A stretch of 64,000 nucleotides of DNA from Raja brachyura (taxonomy: Eukaryota). The position numbers and the translations under genes are program-made. The DNA lies in the NCBI GenBank assembly GCA_963514005.1, contig OY740807.1:2108001-2172000 (forward strand). The letters are read 5' to 3'. Position 1 is the first letter of the stretch. Each line of letters starts with the position of its first letter. The notes below the pieces were generated by a model, which had not been told where the DNA came from, ran no database searches, and was given only the letters and a program-made list of their open reading frames with translations. Shown here in pieces: positions 61,801 through 64,000 of this stretch.

Positions 61801-64000
61801 CTGCAATTCCCCGGTTACTCTCTCCCCCCCTTCTTAAAAAGAGGGGTTACGTTTGCTACCCGCCCATCCTCAGGAACTACTCCAGATTCTAAAGAGTTTT
61901 GAAAGATTATCACTAATGCATCCACTATTTCCGGAGCTACTTCCTTAAGTACTCTGGGATGCAGCCTATCTGGCCCTGGGGATTTATTGGCCTTTAATCC
62001 ATTCAATTTACCCAACACCACTTCCCGACTAACCTGGATTTCACTCAAGTCCTCCTTTGACCCGCGGTCCCCTGCTATTTCCGGCAGATTATTTATGTCT
62101 TCCTTAGTGAAGACGGAACCAAAGTAGTTATTCAATTGTTCCGCCATATCCTTGTTCCCCATGATCAACTCACCTGTTTCTGACTGCAAGGGACCTACAT
62201 TTGTTTTAACTAATCTCTTTCTCTTCACATATCTATAAAACTTTTGCAGTCAGTTTTTATGTTCCCTGCCAGTTTTCTTTCATAATCTATTTTTCCTTTC
62301 CTAATCAAGCCCTTTGTCCTCCTCTGCTGGTCTCTGAATTTCTCCCAGTCCTCTGGTATGCTGCTTTTTCTGGCTACTTTGTACGCATCATCCTTTGCTT
62401 TGATACTATCCCTGATTTCCCTTGTTATCCACGGATGCACTACCTTCCCTGATCTATTCTTTTGCCAAACTGGGAGGAACAATTTTTGTAGTTCATCCAT
62501 GCAGTCTTTAAATGTCTTCCATTCTAGAAAATGTGTCTAGAATGTGTGTCACCCGTGTCTGGGAAATACTTGAAAGTTTGCACAGATTTAGATATAACAT
62601 AATTGAGAAGGAAGTCATAACTCGTCAGTGCAAACGGTTGCACATTCATTCATGAATCCAATTAGAATACGATGTCGAAAAAGTAGGCGCCATCTAGTGT
62701 CTAACGCCCATATTACTGCATGGGAAGCCTAATTCTGTGCTGCTGTTTTAACATATATATATGCTTGTGAATATGAGTGTAATTATATATAATTATATTA
62801 TATAAATATAATATAACAAATATAATTTTGCATAGCCAAAAGAGACGGGGGAGATATTGAACAATTTATTTTCTCTATTCAGGATATTGAACGCTGTGAG
62901 GTAAGGGAAAAAAGTAGAGTAGCTATGGAAGTACGAGGTTCAAAGAGGAGGAAGTACTTTTGAAAAATATAAAAGTGGATAAGTCTCCAGGTCCTGACAG
63001 GTATTCCCTAGGACATTGAGGGAAGTTAGTGTAGAAATAGCAGGAGCTATGACAGAAATATTTCAAATGTCATTAGAAACGGGAATAGTGCCGGAGGATT
63101 GGCGTACTGCGCATGTTGTTCCATTGTTTAAAAAGGGTTCAAAGAATAAACCTAGCAATTATAGACATGTTAGTTTGATGTCAGTGGTGGGCAAATTAAT
63201 GGAAAGGATACTTAGAGATTATGTATATAAGCATCTGGATAACCAGGGTCTCATCAGGAACAGTCAACATGGATTTGTGCCTGGAAGATCATGTTTGACA
63301 AACCTTCTTGAATTTTTTGAAGAGGTTACAAGGGAAATTGATGAGGGTAAAGCTGTGGATGTTGTCTATATGGATTCCAGTGAGACCTTTGACAAGGTTC
63401 CCCATGGAAGGTTGGTTAAGAAGGTTCAATCTTTGGGTGTTAATGGCGGAGTAGCGAGATGGATTCAACAGTGGCTGAATGGGAGATGTCAGAGAGTAAT
63501 GGTGGATGGCTGTTTGTCAGGTTGGAAGCTGGTGACCAGTGGGGTTCCTCAGGGATCTGTTTTGGGTCCACTGTTGTTTGTCATGTACATCAATGATCTA
63601 GATGATGGGGTGGAAAATTGGATAAGTAATTACGCAGACGATACTAAGATAGGTGGTGCTGTGGATAATGAAGTAGATTTTCAAAGTCTACAGAGAGATT
63701 TGGGCCATTTGGAAGAGTGGGCTGAAAGATGGCAGATAGAGTTTAATGCTGATAAGTGTGAGGTGCTACATCTTGGCAGGACAAATCAAAATAGGACGTA
63801 CATGGTAAATGGTAGGGAATTGAGGAATGCTGTGGAACAGAGAGATCTAGGAACAACTGTGCATAGTTCCCTGAAGGTGGAATCGCATGTAGTTGGGTGG
63901 TAAAGAAAGATTTCGGTGTGCTGGCCTTTATAAATCAGAACATTGAATATAGGAGTAGGGAAGTAATGTTAAAATTGTACAAGGTATTGGTGAGACCAAT
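58463..64000 (+). repeat. Near-identical tandem duplicate of 51528-57065 (offset 6935 bp): CR1, Penelope, CR1-B and CR1-A
   Basis: Identical ORF sets at a constant offset; only about 5 substitutions noticed by eye. Confidence 0.95.

Overview
Vertebrate genomic DNA, almost certainly from a cartilaginous fish and probably a skate or ray (inferred from the Ig isotype, HE1/V-SINEs and the CR1 content). Most of the window is nested transposable elements. The one recognisable host gene is an intact three-exon immunoglobulin light chain of type I (NS5 / sigma-cart-like) at 47288-49830 (+), with V and J already fused in the genomic sequence. A full-length, degenerate L1 (about 10047-22379, 15-17 bp TSD) carries three nested insertions. 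One of them is an apparently intact 5.37 kb DIRS tyrosine-recombinase retrotransposon (13991-19358) with ITRs, an ICR and three open ORFs. Both ORF overlaps of this DIRS contain a correctly phased viral-type -1 slippery heptamer (T TTT TTA and T TTA AAC), which suggests a double-frameshift Gag / Gag-Pol / Gag-Pol-YR scheme; this is the most interesting observation in the window. The window also holds many CR1 copies of two families, an IR/DR Tc1 split by a CR1, a TIR element with a 6-bp TSD, Penelope fragments with hammerhead-ribozyme motifs, V-SINEs, several templated filler duplications at insertion junctions, N gaps, and a near-identical tandem duplication (offset 6935 bp) at the right end. 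All calls were made by eye; boundaries of degenerate repeats are approximate.
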